DNA of 64,000 nt from assembly GCA_965234725.1 (NCBI GenBank), contig CBDDUX010000002.1, positions 39,954-103,953 of the forward strand. The letters are read 5' to 3'. The notes below the pieces were generated by a model. The model ran no database searches and was not told the origin of the DNA. It saw only the letters and a program-made list of their open reading frames with translations. The translations under genes were made by a program, and so were the position numbers. How positions within the stretch are numbered: position 1 is the stretch's first letter; every line of letters begins with the position of its first letter. Origin of the DNA: Thermoplasmatota archaeon (GTDB lineage Archaea; Thermoplasmatota; Penumbrarchaeia; Penumbrarchaeales; Penumbrarchaeaceae). Positions 19,728 to 29,858 of the stretch are shown piece after piece.

Positions 19728-20270
19728 ATGGTATACAGATTCAAGGTCCCACTGGACAGGGTGGGAGTCCTTATAGGAAAGAAGGGTGAGACCCTTAAGG
19801 ACCTTAAAGAAAAGGGAAAGACCGATATCGAGGTCGATTCCGAGACAGGAGAGGTCACTCTATTGGATGATATGTCGGACGATCCATATCTTTCTTTCAG
19901 GATGAGGGATGTTCTCAGGGCCATTGGTAGAGGATTTTCTCCCGAGGCAGCATTGAAGCTCCTTGATGATGATATGTATTATGAGGAGTTCGATATAAGG
20001 GATTTTTCCGGAAAATCCAGAAAGAGGATCCTTCAGGTCAGATCAAGATTAATAGGATCTGGTGGGAAAACCAGACATCTCATCGAGGAGCTCACCGATT
20101 GCCAGGTCTCGATCAAGGGGAATACAGCTGCAATAATTGGTGATATCGAGGGAATGAAGGTTGCCTCCAAGGCGATAATGATGATCCTGAACGGATCAGA
20201 GCATTCATCGGTCTATACCTTCATGGAGAGGAAGAGGAAGGACCTGAAGGTTGCAAGGTGGGGATTCTGA
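19728..20270 (+). CDS. Archaeal Dim2/Pno1-type KH-domain rRNA processing protein
   Basis: RVGVLIGKKGET, AIGRGFSPEAA, RLIGSGGKTR..IEELT, GSEHSSVY. Confidence 0.9.
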   Translation: MVYRFKVPLDRVGVLIGKKGETLKDLKEKGKTDIEVDSETGEVTLLDDMSDDPYLSFRMRDVLRAIGRGFSPEAALKLLDDDMYYEEFDIRDFSGKSRKRILQVRSRLIGSGGKTRHLIEELTDCQVSIKGNTAAIIGDIEGMKVASKAIMMILNGSEHSSVYTFMERKRKDLKVARWGF

Positions 20271-21308
20271 CCTTCTACATCTATTTGCCTCATTGTGTGA
20301 TGCTTTGATGGGATCCGGAAGACGGCCTTTCTTCATTCCTATCAGGACCTTTGTTACCTCTTTCAGGTCTGTCCTGTTGCCTCTTGAAATGAAGATCGGT
20401 CTTCCTCCTCCATGCCTGGAAGCATAACCAATGACCTCTCCTTTGTCCTGGACCTCTGCTATCTCTTCTTTGTGGTTGACATTAATCCAAATACCCATCT
20501 TTCCAGTGATCAGTTTCTTTGCTACACCACAGGTCATCAAACCTGTAACGGCTCCGATCTGACAGGCTATCCCCATCCTTTCAGGATGAAGATATCCATT
20601 CCCATCCATGACCACCAGCGTCCTTTCATCGATCAAACCATTTTTCCACGCCTTATTTAAAGTAGGGAGAATGACAGGTGCTTCCCTGAAGAAAAGGAAT
20701 CCGCTGACATATGGTATCCCCGTCATACCCCTATGGCATATCTTTCCATTCTCTTTCCCCTGGAGGTCCCTTGCACAAACTGCACAAACATGATCATTTC
20801 CCTTAGATGAGATATCTATTCCAGCGACCTGGTTAAAGGGGCTATTGGTATCCGATAAAAAAGAGGCTGACTTCTTCTGAAGATCTCTAAGGGAGTTGAA
20901 GGGAGGTTCCTCCAAGACTATCTCCTCGATCATGTACCTTTCCGGAACGTAGAGATCCTTACCTCTGAGTTCGAGGTCAATTTCCGAAGATAGTTCGATG
21001 ATGGAAGAGACCGGCACTCTTCCATCTGAATATACCATTCTATGTGAAAGATTATCAGGATCAGATGACCAGCTTCCAACAGATCTTGAGGCTTTTATGG
21101 TTCCTAAAGCTGATGCCACCGATCCAAAGTTAACAGCATTGCCTTCTGGCACATGTGACATTATATATGATACCCAACTGTTGAAATCCAGTAATGGGAA
21201 TATCTCTCTTACAAGGTGCTCCTGTAAATCGTTTTGAGATCCAGGTACCTCCAAGACCGATCTGAAAAGACGTTCGATCCCATCATTGGGTTCTATGAAT
21301 AGTCTCAA
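20205..21308 (-). CDS. nfi: Alkyltransferase-like (Ogt C-domain) - endonuclease V fusion
   Basis: N-part 'VPEGNAVNFGSVA...ASRSVG...LSHRMV.SDG'. EndoV motifs VAGIDIS, PYVSGFLFFREAP, DGNGYLHP, GVAKK, PIFISRG, LPDPI..SH. Confidence 0.85.
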   Translation of the reverse strand: MRLFIEPNDGIERLFRSVLEVPGSQNDLQEHLVREIFPLLDFNSWVSYIMSHVPEGNAVNFGSVASALGTIKASRSVGSWSSDPDNLSHRMVYSDGRVPVSSIIELSSEIDLELRGKDLYVPERYMIEEIVLEEPPFNSLRDLQKKSASFLSDTNSPFNQVAGIDISSKGNDHVCAVCARDLQGKENGKICHRGMTGIPYVSGFLFFREAPVILPTLNKAWKNGLIDERTLVVMDGNGYLHPERMGIACQIGAVTGLMTCGVAKKLITGKMGIWINVNHKEEIAEVQDKGEVIGYASRHGGGRPIFISRGNRTDLKEVTKVLIGMKKGRLPDPIKASHNEANRCRRSESPPCNLQVLPLPLHEGIDR

Positions 21309-21452
21309 TGGTCCATAAATGGATCCCCTGGAATATATAGACCGATGGTATCACATTTTAATCAAGGGTCGCCCGTCTCCCGACAAAGTTTAATATAGCA
21401 ACCCGTTATCGAAGGTGAACCCCGATCTCGGGGACTATTTCGAGGTGTGAAA

Positions 21453-21623
21453 ATGGCTGTTAAGATAGACAAGGATACTTGCATCGGATGCGGAGCTTGC
21501 GTCGGGACCTGTCCGGTCCAGGCACTTTCGATGGTAGACGGTAAAGCGGATGTGGACGAGGGAACCTGCGTAGATTGCGGAGCCTGCGTCGGTGTCTGCC
21601 CTGTCCAGGCCCTATCGCTTTAA
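21453..21623 (+). CDS. 2[4Fe-4S] ferredoxin, 56 aa (absent from the ORF track)
   Basis: Manual translation MAVKIDKDTCIGCGACVGTCPVQALSMVDGKADVDEGTCVDCGACVGVCPVQALSL has two CxxCxxCxxxCP motifs. SD GAGGTG upstream. Confidence 0.95.
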   Translation: MAVKIDKDTCIGCGACVGTCPVQALSMVDGKADVDEGTCVDCGACVGVCPVQALSL

Positions 21624-21638
21624 GATCCCAATATGGTT

Positions 21639-21682
21639 GCCAGGGTGGTTCATACCTCCCTGGCTTTCATATCTTTCTTCTT
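21639..21682 (+). terminator. Hairpin plus pyrimidine tract after the ferredoxin gene
   Basis: GCCAGGG...CCCTGGC (21639-21664) followed by TTTCATATCTTTCTTCTT. Confidence 0.5.
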
Positions 21683-21707
21683 CCCCGGTTCCCGGATGTA
21701 TATCTTC

Positions 21708-23144
21708 TCATATTTTCATCTTATAGAATGACATATAGGCTTTGTATGTGGCCCATACATCGGCCTTTGAGGAAATTTCCATGGGTGAATGCATGGATAT
21801 CAAAGCGGGTCCTGCATCCACAACATCCATATTATGTTCAGCAAGGAATTTAGCTATCGTTCCCCCACCTCCTTCGTCAACCTTCCCGAGTTCTCCCGTC
21901 TGCCAGGGGACATTTGCTGTGTTCAAGGTTTTTCTTATCATGCCCATGAACTCTGCACTCGCATCATTGGATGAATATTTCCCCCCGGATCCCGTATATT
22001 TGGTCACACATATTCCGAGTCCTATCCTTGCGGCGTTTTGAAGCTCATGTACCTGTTTGAAGGAAGGGTTGACCGCACCATTCACATCTGAAGAGATCGC
22101 TTTGGTATTGGAGAGGGCCTGCCTCAGTTTCCTGTCAGGATAATCAGGTTCAGAATATTCTAGGATGGATGAGTAGACCTCCTCCAGGAACCTTGACTTG
22201 ATGGAGGTCGGGCCATCAGAACCTATCTCTTCCTTATCGATCACAAGGGCCATTGCGGTCCTCTGAGGGTTCTTGATGTCCATCAATGCCTTTATTGAGG
22301 TGTAAGCACAGATCCTGTCATCCTGTCCGTAAGCCCCTATCATCGACCTGTCAAAACCAACTTCCCTTGCCGGGCCGGCGGGAACCACCTCAAACTCGGC
22401 TGATACGAAATCCTCCTCCACCATTCCATATTCCTTGTTTAGATGGTCGAGGACCCAAAGCTTGACCTTCTTCTTGGATTTCTTATCCGAGAATGGCAAA
22501 GATGCAAGGAGAACATTCAACTCCTCCCCTGTGATCCCTTCCATGAGCTTCCTCTCCCCCTGTTTCTTTCTGTATAAATGGGGAAGGAGGTCACATATGG
22601 TAAAGATCGGATCATCCAGGGATTCACCAATGTGTATGTCTACTTCCTTTCCGGAATCCAGGATCACCTTTCCGTGAATGGCAAGAGGGATGTTCACCCA
22701 ATGGTATTTCTTGATCCCACCGTAATAATGGGTTTTCAGGAGGGCCAATTTCGTATCCATGTCCTCGTAAAGAGGATTTTGTTTAAGATCGAGTCTGGGT
22801 GCGTCCGAATGAGAGGAAACGAGGTTTGCACCCTTGGTTATGCTGTCCTTTCCAATGATGAATGCCGCCACGTTCTTGTTACGATTGACCATGAAAGCCT
22901 TCGATCCAGGGACCAATTCCTTATATTCCTTGATATTTTTGAATCCTGCACTTACCAACATCTCCACAAGAATATCTGTTGATAATCTCTCGGTCTTTGC
23001 CCTGGAAATGAAATCCATGTAATCCTTCGAGAGCTTCTCTATCTCCAGAAGTTGTTTATCCGTCGCTGTCTCCCATATCATCTTCCTCTCCATGGACAAC
23101 TCGGACTCTCTGGACGATACTTCATTTTTCCCTGTCATCAACAC
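21708..23144 (-). CDS. M18-family aminopeptidase
   Basis: SHSDAPRLDLK, HYYGGIKKYHW, YGQDDRICAY, DKEEIGS, GGGGTIA, SMHSPMEI. Confidence 0.92.
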   Translation of the reverse strand: MLMTGKNEVSSRESELSMERKMIWETATDKQLLEIEKLSKDYMDFISRAKTERLSTDILVEMLVSAGFKNIKEYKELVPGSKAFMVNRNKNVAAFIIGKDSITKGANLVSSHSDAPRLDLKQNPLYEDMDTKLALLKTHYYGGIKKYHWVNIPLAIHGKVILDSGKEVDIHIGESLDDPIFTICDLLPHLYRKKQGERKLMEGITGEELNVLLASLPFSDKKSKKKVKLWVLDHLNKEYGMVEEDFVSAEFEVVPAGPAREVGFDRSMIGAYGQDDRICAYTSIKALMDIKNPQRTAMALVIDKEEIGSDGPTSIKSRFLEEVYSSILEYSEPDYPDRKLRQALSNTKAISSDVNGAVNPSFKQVHELQNAARIGLGICVTKYTGSGGKYSSNDASAEFMGMIRKTLNTANVPWQTGELGKVDEGGGGTIAKFLAEHNMDVVDAGPALISMHSPMEISSKADVWATYKAYMSFYKMKI

Positions 23145-23231
23145 AGCTCCAGTTCTGTGAGGGAGATGGATTGGTATTGCTTATGGTTTTTCCCCCGAAG
23201 GGTCTAAAAACGATCAATGAGGTCCACCCCC

Positions 23232-23807
23232 ATGGCCGTAAATGAGGTGGAGGTGAAGATCTGGTTATCAACCAGCCTTCTCCCGGCAGAACAGGAAGAG
23301 GCTGCCCATGATATGATCCAGATCCTTTTGGACTCCGGCTGGGATGAAGATTCAACTGTAATCATGAGCGATACATACCTCTCTCACCCAAGCAGGGATT
23401 TCTCCGAGACCGATGAGGCATTGAGGATCAGGACTGTCAAGGACCTTGAAGATGGTCGAGTTCAGGTATATTTGACCTACAAAGGTCCAAAACTATCCAA
23501 AAGGTCCAAAGCAAGATATGAAATGGAGCTTAAGATCCCTGGGGGAGATGGGATGAGGGAGATCCTGGAAAGACTGGGATTTCGCAAGGTATTGAAAGTG
23601 ATCAAGGAGAGGAGAACATTCACCATGGATGATATGGAAGCTTGTATCGATCTTGTACCCGACCTTGGCTGCTTCCTTGAGGTGGAGGTCATGGATGATG
23701 ACATCAAGAGAGGAGAGGCCCGGGTCCTGAAGTTCCTTGAAGATTGGGAGCTTGAAAAAACAGAAAGAAGATCATATCTTGAGCTCTTGATGGAGAAATT
23801 GGTTTAA
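23232..23807 (+). CDS. cyaB: CYTH-domain protein (class IV adenylate cyclase-like)
   Basis: N-terminal EVEVK, DTY..HP.RDF..TDEALRIR, LTYKGPK, FLEVE, SYLELL. Confidence 0.85.
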   Translation: MAVNEVEVKIWLSTSLLPAEQEEAAHDMIQILLDSGWDEDSTVIMSDTYLSHPSRDFSETDEALRIRTVKDLEDGRVQVYLTYKGPKLSKRSKARYEMELKIPGGDGMREILERLGFRKVLKVIKERRTFTMDDMEACIDLVPDLGCFLEVEVMDDDIKRGEARVLKFLEDWELEKTERRSYLELLMEKLV

Positions 23808-23841
23808 ATGTGAGGCGATATGCAGACCGACGGGTGATCCC

Positions 23842-25389
23842 TTGGCAGATGAAATGGATAGGATCAAGGATGAACTGAGTCTAAATGAAAAAAGACTTCT
23901 TCTCGCGCTGAAAGATGAGAGATCATTGAGGCCTGATAAAGCGGTCAGGAAGGGTGGTTTTGCCAAGGAGGTCGAGGTAATGAGCGCAGCCTCATGGCTC
24001 AGAACAAAAGGTCTTCTGATCATCCATGAAGAGTTCCTCCATAAGGTGTCACTCGGGAGAAAGACATATGCGACCCAGGGTTTACCCGAAAGGAAAGTAC
24101 TTGAGTACCTCGGGAAGAACCAAGGAGCGGCAAGCCTGAAAGAGCTCGAAGAGAAGGGGAAATTGTCCGGTTCCGAGATCGGAATATCGATAGGTTGGCT
24201 GAATAGGAAGAAATGGGCAAAGGTCCGCAAGGAGGAAGGGGAGACATACCTCATTATCACGGAAACGGGAAAGAAGGCCATCGGGAAAAAGGGTGAAGAT
24301 GAGGAATTGATAGAGATCCTCTCCAGGAAAGAGATGGACTTAGAAGATATTGCAGTGGATGTCTACAGGTCCCTGAAGGGGAGAAAGGATGTCATTGCTG
24401 AAAAAGAAGAGGTCCAAAGACGTCTGGAGCTGACGGATCTGGGACGGAAGATCGCAGTATCCGGTCTTGAGATCAAAAGAGAGGTATCGCAGCTTACACC
24501 CGAACTTCTTCGAACAGGAAAGTGGATGGATGTGGATTTCCGGAGATATGATGTCAATACGATGGCCACCACTCCCTCTGGAGGGCGTATCCATCCGGTT
24601 ACAAATATTATCGAGAAGATAAGACGGATATTCTTGGAGATGGGTTTTACGGAGATATCCGGAAACTACGCCGAACTTGAACTCTGGAACATGGACGCTC
24701 TATTCATTCCTCAAGATCACCCTGCAAGGGAAGAGCATGATACATTTTATGTGGAAACCGTGGGAAAAATGGGTCCGATGGAATTCAATGAGAGAAAAGG
24801 AATGGATCCATACAAGATTTTCTCAGAGGTCCACGAGACAGGAGGGACTACCGGGTCCAGAGGATGGGGTTACAGGTGGTCCAGGGAGAAAGCAGATAAG
24901 GCCATCTTAAGGACGCATACAACAGTTAACACCATTAGATATTGTTTTGACCACCCGGAACCACCTATCAAGGTTTTTTCCATAGAAAAGGTCTTCAGGA
25001 ACGAATCGATCGATTCCACCCACTTGCCCGAGTTCCATCAGATCGAGGGTATACTTGTTGAAGAAGGAGCCTCCATGAACATGCTTGTGGGACTTCTCAA
25101 GGATTTCTATGAGAAGATGGGTTTCTCCGACATCAGGGTCAGACCCGGATATTTCCCGTATACAGAACCCTCACTTGAAGTTGATGTTCTGTTCCATGGT
25201 AAATGGATGGAGCTTGGAGGTGCGGGTATTTTCAGACCTGAGGTGACAGGACCTGCTGGAATAGACCTCCCTGTTCTTGCCTGGGGCCTGGGTCTGGAAA
25301 GGCTGGCCATGATGGTACTTGACAGGAAGGATATTAGGGACCTCTACATCTCTGATGTGGAATGGCTCAGGACCGTTCCTCATGTGTGA
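23842..25389 (+). CDS. pheS: Phenylalanyl-tRNA synthetase alpha subunit (archaeal type)
   Basis: PQDHPAREEHDTF, LRTHTT, VFRNE..D.THLPEFHQIEG, YFPYTEPS, GAGIFRPE, AWGLGLERL. TTG start. Confidence 0.97.
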   Translation: MADEMDRIKDELSLNEKRLLLALKDERSLRPDKAVRKGGFAKEVEVMSAASWLRTKGLLIIHEEFLHKVSLGRKTYATQGLPERKVLEYLGKNQGAASLKELEEKGKLSGSEIGISIGWLNRKKWAKVRKEEGETYLIITETGKKAIGKKGEDEELIEILSRKEMDLEDIAVDVYRSLKGRKDVIAEKEEVQRRLELTDLGRKIAVSGLEIKREVSQLTPELLRTGKWMDVDFRRYDVNTMATTPSGGRIHPVTNIIEKIRRIFLEMGFTEISGNYAELELWNMDALFIPQDHPAREEHDTFYVETVGKMGPMEFNERKGMDPYKIFSEVHETGGTTGSRGWGYRWSREKADKAILRTHTTVNTIRYCFDHPEPPIKVFSIEKVFRNESIDSTHLPEFHQIEGILVEEGASMNMLVGLLKDFYEKMGFSDIRVRPGYFPYTEPSLEVDVLFHGKWMELGGAGIFRPEVTGPAGIDLPVLAWGLGLERLAMMVLDRKDIRDLYISDVEWLRTVPHV

Positions 25390-25456
25390 ACTGTCCATTC
25401 AACTCATCCGACCGAATCAGTATAATATCTTGCATACTCTATTCCTTCCGGGAAGG

Positions 25457-26404
25457 ATGATCCATAGGAATTCAATTTCGATAATTTCAACGGTCCTACT
25501 ATTACTTCTTATAGGATCACCCTTACTTCAACCGTATGTTTCCGGACAGGAAGATCCTGATGAATGGTCTTTCCCCCCAATTTATATCACCTATGACGGA
25601 AAGTTCAAGAATGTTTCTGTAGAACCAGGATCAAACAATACATTCTCGGTATCTGGAAAGATCCATGCAATCTATCAAGGGCGGGAGAATGACTCGAAAG
25701 TATTCCAAATAATGATGATGGTAACCGGAGATATCCTTTCGGAATACCGGACTCCCAAGATCCCCATCTCCCAGGATGAACCTATTACGAATTATACCGT
25801 TCTGGTAACCCCGTCCTATGGACTCCAGGCAGAATTGGATGCAGAGATATGGATCGTCGCTTACGTGGTCCATCCTGACGATCCGAACCAGATCGACTAT
25901 TTTGGACGTGGCCAGATCAATCTTAAGGTGAAACAATATGGGGCTTTCTCGGTCCATCGGACGATTGTCACAGAGAGGGTGCCAGTTGGTGAATGGAGAA
26001 CAGTTACCCTTACAATAAAGAACGAGGGGAATGGAATCGACCGGTTCAACATAACTTTGATATCCTGTCCGGATGAGGTTGACTATGTTCTCGATCTAAG
26101 AAGGATCACTATCGAGAGAGGAGGTGAAGGATCCGTCAATATAAGGATCAGGCAGAAGACCGGTTTTTCCTCTTCAAATACCATGAAGATCGAGGTTTCA
26201 TCAATGTATCCTGGCAGGTACAACAGCTCTATTTTTCTCATTCAATTCGTTACAAAATGGTCAATATCTGATATAGAGACAGGTTTCTGGCTTCCAATTG
26301 GTGGAGCGGTTTTGATACTCGTGTTGACCGTCTCGATCTGGTTTGTGGTCTTTAAACCAGAGGTTTCCAGAAGGATCGTTCAAAGGTCTATGAAGAAAAG
26401 TTAA
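25457..26404 (+). CDS. Secreted beta-rich protein with C-terminal membrane anchor
   Basis: Signal peptide from Met at 25457; Ig-like 'TIKNEGNGIDRFNI' unit; C-terminal TM plus basic tail. Confidence 0.7.
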   Translation: MIHRNSISIISTVLLLLLIGSPLLQPYVSGQEDPDEWSFPPIYITYDGKFKNVSVEPGSNNTFSVSGKIHAIYQGRENDSKVFQIMMMVTGDILSEYRTPKIPISQDEPITNYTVLVTPSYGLQAELDAEIWIVAYVVHPDDPNQIDYFGRGQINLKVKQYGAFSVHRTIVTERVPVGEWRTVTLTIKNEGNGIDRFNITLISCPDEVDYVLDLRRITIERGGEGSVNIRIRQKTGFSSSNTMKIEVSSMYPGRYNSSIFLIQFVTKWSISDIETGFWLPIGGAVLILVLTVSIWFVVFKPEVSRRIVQRSMKKS

Positions 26405-26468
26405 ATAAACTTTGAAAATCCCTCTCAATTCAATTTAAAGCCAAACTCCAAGATATCATTCAGTCCAG

Positions 26469-29400
26469 GTGAGACACTTGAAAAGTAAAATTCTGCCCAT
26501 TGTTTTGATCTTGTTGCTTCAAAGCTTGATAAATATTGATCTCAATGTTGCCATGACCTCACCGATCAGGGGAAATGAGGGTCCTGATATTGAATGGGTC
26601 GATACTTTCTCAGGACAATGGAGCACATATCTTAACAAGAGTCACGATCTTGTACTTGACCTGGATGTCCAGACTGGTGAGATGGTCAAGAACAGCTCTT
26701 TTTTTGACCCATATTTCTCTCATAATTCCACGATCAAGGCTGCCATAGATGCATCTCCTCAATGGTTGAACAGGACACTTTCATGGAAGTTCCATGACAT
26801 CAACTCATACAATACCTGGAAGTATACCTCGTTGCTTACAGATCCCAACATAGATATCAGGTACATAGATGAGATCGCCTTCTATGTTGCATACTCCAGT
26901 CCTGATAGCTTGAATTCCTACTTCACGGTACCTGATCTGATAGTAGAGAATATCGAAATGATGTACGAGGTTGAAAAAGAGGTCACCTATGCATCCATTA
27001 CTGATACTGTCAGATCGGATGGACAGCATTCGACAGTGGTATATTCCACTCCTTCAGGAAATGTAACACTACCCGAGGATATCTACTACAGGTACCTCAT
27101 GATGCCAAGAAGTGAAATGGAACAAGCATCTTACATAAATCTGACTACCTTCAAGAAGACCAACGATCCGTCAATGGGGCTTTTCTGGAGGAGTTTTCTG
27201 TACACTGCTGATGATCCTGGTTATCCTGTCCTTCGAGAACTACTTTTGAATGAGTCCAACCTTTGGAATGGTACCAAGAACATGGCTCTCAACAACGGAG
27301 CAGTGGGAGCAGTGACCCAATGGGAATCCCAGGTCATGTCATTTGGTTACATGGAGGGTATGAGAAGAGATCATCAACCGATATCACTTTACAAACAGCA
27401 TATTGGTCTTTGCGGTGAGAACGCGGAGGTCCTGGTGGCAGCTGCAAAGACCGCACTTATTCCAACTGTGGTCACGATAAATTTCGATATGATGCATGCC
27501 TGGAACGAATTCTATGACCGCGGTTGGCATCAGTGGGAGGGTTACAGCCAACGGATAGATGATCCGATGGCAGAGGGAATGCCAGGGTCGGTCACGGTAA
27601 TGACCAACATGGACCCTGACGAGACTTTCTTCACAAATACCGATCTATATACCCCCACCACCAACCTAACAGTGGTTGTTAGGGATGTGAACGGCATCCC
27701 GGTGGATGGGGCTATGGTCAAGATCCTTTCCCAACCTTCAGCGAATTACTATGGCATTATACCTCTTCTTGGAAATGCGACCGATGTCAATGGTGAGGCG
27801 GGTTTTATGGTTGGTTCGAACTTCGCCTACTTTGTCCAAGTTCTCTCTCCAATTGAGGGATGGTTGAATGAAACATCATATTTGCCTCTGGCTTTTCCAA
27901 CTACCTCTCCCGGTGGGAATCATGTTTTCAACGTTACCCTGAATACATCAATGCCCTTGAATGTGAACCTGAGCGCTCTTCAGGATGACCCTGGGTATGG
28001 GTTCAGGATCGAAGTTATGGCGGAGGATATCGATCAGAGGACAAGGTTCCACAGGGACCCATGGGGATATTTCAGATCAATTGAGAAAGGGTATCCTGAT
28101 AAGACCAGGCTTGACATATTCTTTCTAGATGACGAGAACCTGGAAGCATACAGGATGGGGTCAGAATTCTTCCCGGCTGCCATATTGAACCTATCCAAAG
28201 GAGGCAACGGGTCCGTTATCCTATCTGATGCAGGAGAATGGCATATGGTGATACCAGGGATGGCAAGACCTCTGAGCAGGACCTTCTTATCGGTCAGGGT
28301 GAACGTATCAAGGTCCATTGTACATCCCAAGGCATCCATCCTATCCCCATTGGAAGGCACCTACGATATTGGGGAGCTCCTGGAATTCGAAGGGGTCCTT
28401 GAACCATCGATCCATGATCAGGGTGATATCTACTATATCTGGAAACTGAAAGGTAGTTCGGAATATCTTTCAACGGAAAGAACTTTTTCAAAGGTATTAC
28501 CACAGGGTGATCATATTGTTGAATTGCATATTTTCAATGGCTCCGGTCTGATAGATACCACCACGGTATCCATTATGATAATCCAACCCAATCGACCACC
28601 GATCGCATCCATTGATGGTCTGGAGAGCGGGGCGATACTTGAGTTTGGAACGACCGTACACCTTTCCGGAAGAAACAGCACCGATCCGGACGATGATCCC
28701 CTCACTTATTTGTGGAGAGATGAGAATGATCGATCCGTACTATCAGAGAATGAAGGCATCGACAGGAACTTCCAGGCAGGGGATCATCATTTATCTTTGA
28801 CCGTAGAGGACCCGGATGGGCTCAAAGATACTGACAATATCCATTTCTCCATCATGGACCCAAATACACCACCAATTCCTTTCATTGAAAGTCCTCTCCC
28901 ATGGTCAATATATCAAGAAGAGGATGAGATAGAGATATCCGCTGAGGGGACCTACGACCTCGATGACGATCCGATCTCCTACCGGTGGGAGGATGACCTG
29001 GACGGTAATGTGTCAAATCTAAAGGATGATACTCTTACCTTTTCCACAGGGATCCATCGATTAACACTTTTCGTTTCGGATGGTAAGGAGACTTCATCGA
29101 CCTATATCCAATTCCATGTTATTCGGAAAGAGATCGAAACCGATCTTGAACCCATTGCCATCATTTTCAGTCCTAGGAACGGACAGCGTTTCAATGTGAC
29201 CGACCCCATTGAACTGTCATCTCTTGGAAGTTATGATCCCGAGGGAAAGTCTCTAACATACCAATGGTCCATAGACGTAGGGTCTGTCTCAAATGAAGCT
29301 CAATATGTGCTGACACTTTCTGAGGGGATGCATACTATCACCCTCACCGTTGGAGATGGGGTCTTTACAAACACCGTGACAGCTGTTGTCATAGTTGTGG

Positions 29401-29858
29401 ATAGAACGCCTGTAATGTCCCTGAAAGTGAATGGAACTGATTGCACGGGATCAGGTGAGATCATTTTCCTGGAGGGGGAAAATGTGACATTTGATGCCAG
29501 TGATTCTATGGACCCTGAAGGATTTGAACTTCAATTCTATTGGATGGTTGGTGATAGATTACTTTCGGACAAGGGATCCTTCAACCATTCCTTCGATGCC
29601 GGAATATATTACCTCAGATTGGAAGTATCGGATGTTTCAGGAAGAACCGTTTCAAAGGTCCTATTACTGAGAGTCCTATCCTCGCCGTCAGAAGGTCTCG
29701 ATGATAATAAAGAAGAACAAACAGATGAGGGGGGCAAAATCCCTTTGATCCTTTATCTCATCCCACTGATCATCATAATGTTGTCCTTATCAGTCATTAT
29801 TTTTGTTCTGATCAGATCGAAGCAGATGAATAAGGATCATTCTGAAGAAAATGAGTAA
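26469..29858 (+). CDS. Surface protein: transglutaminase-like domain, PKD repeats and TM anchor
   Basis: 'GLCGENA...HAWNEFY..GWHQWE'; repeated 'S.DPD/EG..L.Y.W' PKD motifs; C-terminal TM. Confidence 0.8.
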   Translation: MRHLKSKILPIVLILLLQSLINIDLNVAMTSPIRGNEGPDIEWVDTFSGQWSTYLNKSHDLVLDLDVQTGEMVKNSSFFDPYFSHNSTIKAAIDASPQWLNRTLSWKFHDINSYNTWKYTSLLTDPNIDIRYIDEIAFYVAYSSPDSLNSYFTVPDLIVENIEMMYEVEKEVTYASITDTVRSDGQHSTVVYSTPSGNVTLPEDIYYRYLMMPRSEMEQASYINLTTFKKTNDPSMGLFWRSFLYTADDPGYPVLRELLLNESNLWNGTKNMALNNGAVGAVTQWESQVMSFGYMEGMRRDHQPISLYKQHIGLCGENAEVLVAAAKTALIPTVVTINFDMMHAWNEFYDRGWHQWEGYSQRIDDPMAEGMPGSVTVMTNMDPDETFFTNTDLYTPTTNLTVVVRDVNGIPVDGAMVKILSQPSANYYGIIPLLGNATDVNGEAGFMVGSNFAYFVQVLSPIEGWLNETSYLPLAFPTTSPGGNHVFNVTLNTSMPLNVNLSALQDDPGYGFRIEVMAEDIDQRTRFHRDPWGYFRSIEKGYPDKTRLDIFFLDDENLEAYRMGSEFFPAAILNLSKGGNGSVILSDAGEWHMVIPGMARPLSRTFLSVRVNVSRSIVHPKASILSPLEGTYDIGELLEFEGVLEPSIHDQGDIYYIWKLKGSSEYLSTERTFSKVLPQGDHIVELHIFNGSGLIDTTTVSIMIIQPNRPPIASIDGLESGAILEFGTTVHLSGRNSTDPDDDPLTYLWRDENDRSVLSENEGIDRNFQAGDHHLSLTVEDPDGLKDTDNIHFSIMDPNTPPIPFIESPLPWSIYQEEDEIEISAEGTYDLDDDPISYRWEDDLDGNVSNLKDDTLTFSTGIHRLTLFVSDGKETSSTYIQFHVIRKEIETDLEPIAIIFSPRNGQRFNVTDPIELSSLGSYDPEGKSLTYQWSIDVGSVSNEAQYVLTLSEGMHTITLTVGDGVFTNTVTAVVIVVDRTPVMSLKVNGTDCTGSGEIIFLEGENVTFDASDSMDPEGFELQFYWMVGDRLLSDKGSFNHSFDAGIYYLRLEVSDVSGRTVSKVLLLRVLSSPSEGLDDNKEEQTDEGGKIPLILYLIPLIIIMLSLSVIIFVLIRSKQMNKDHSEENE

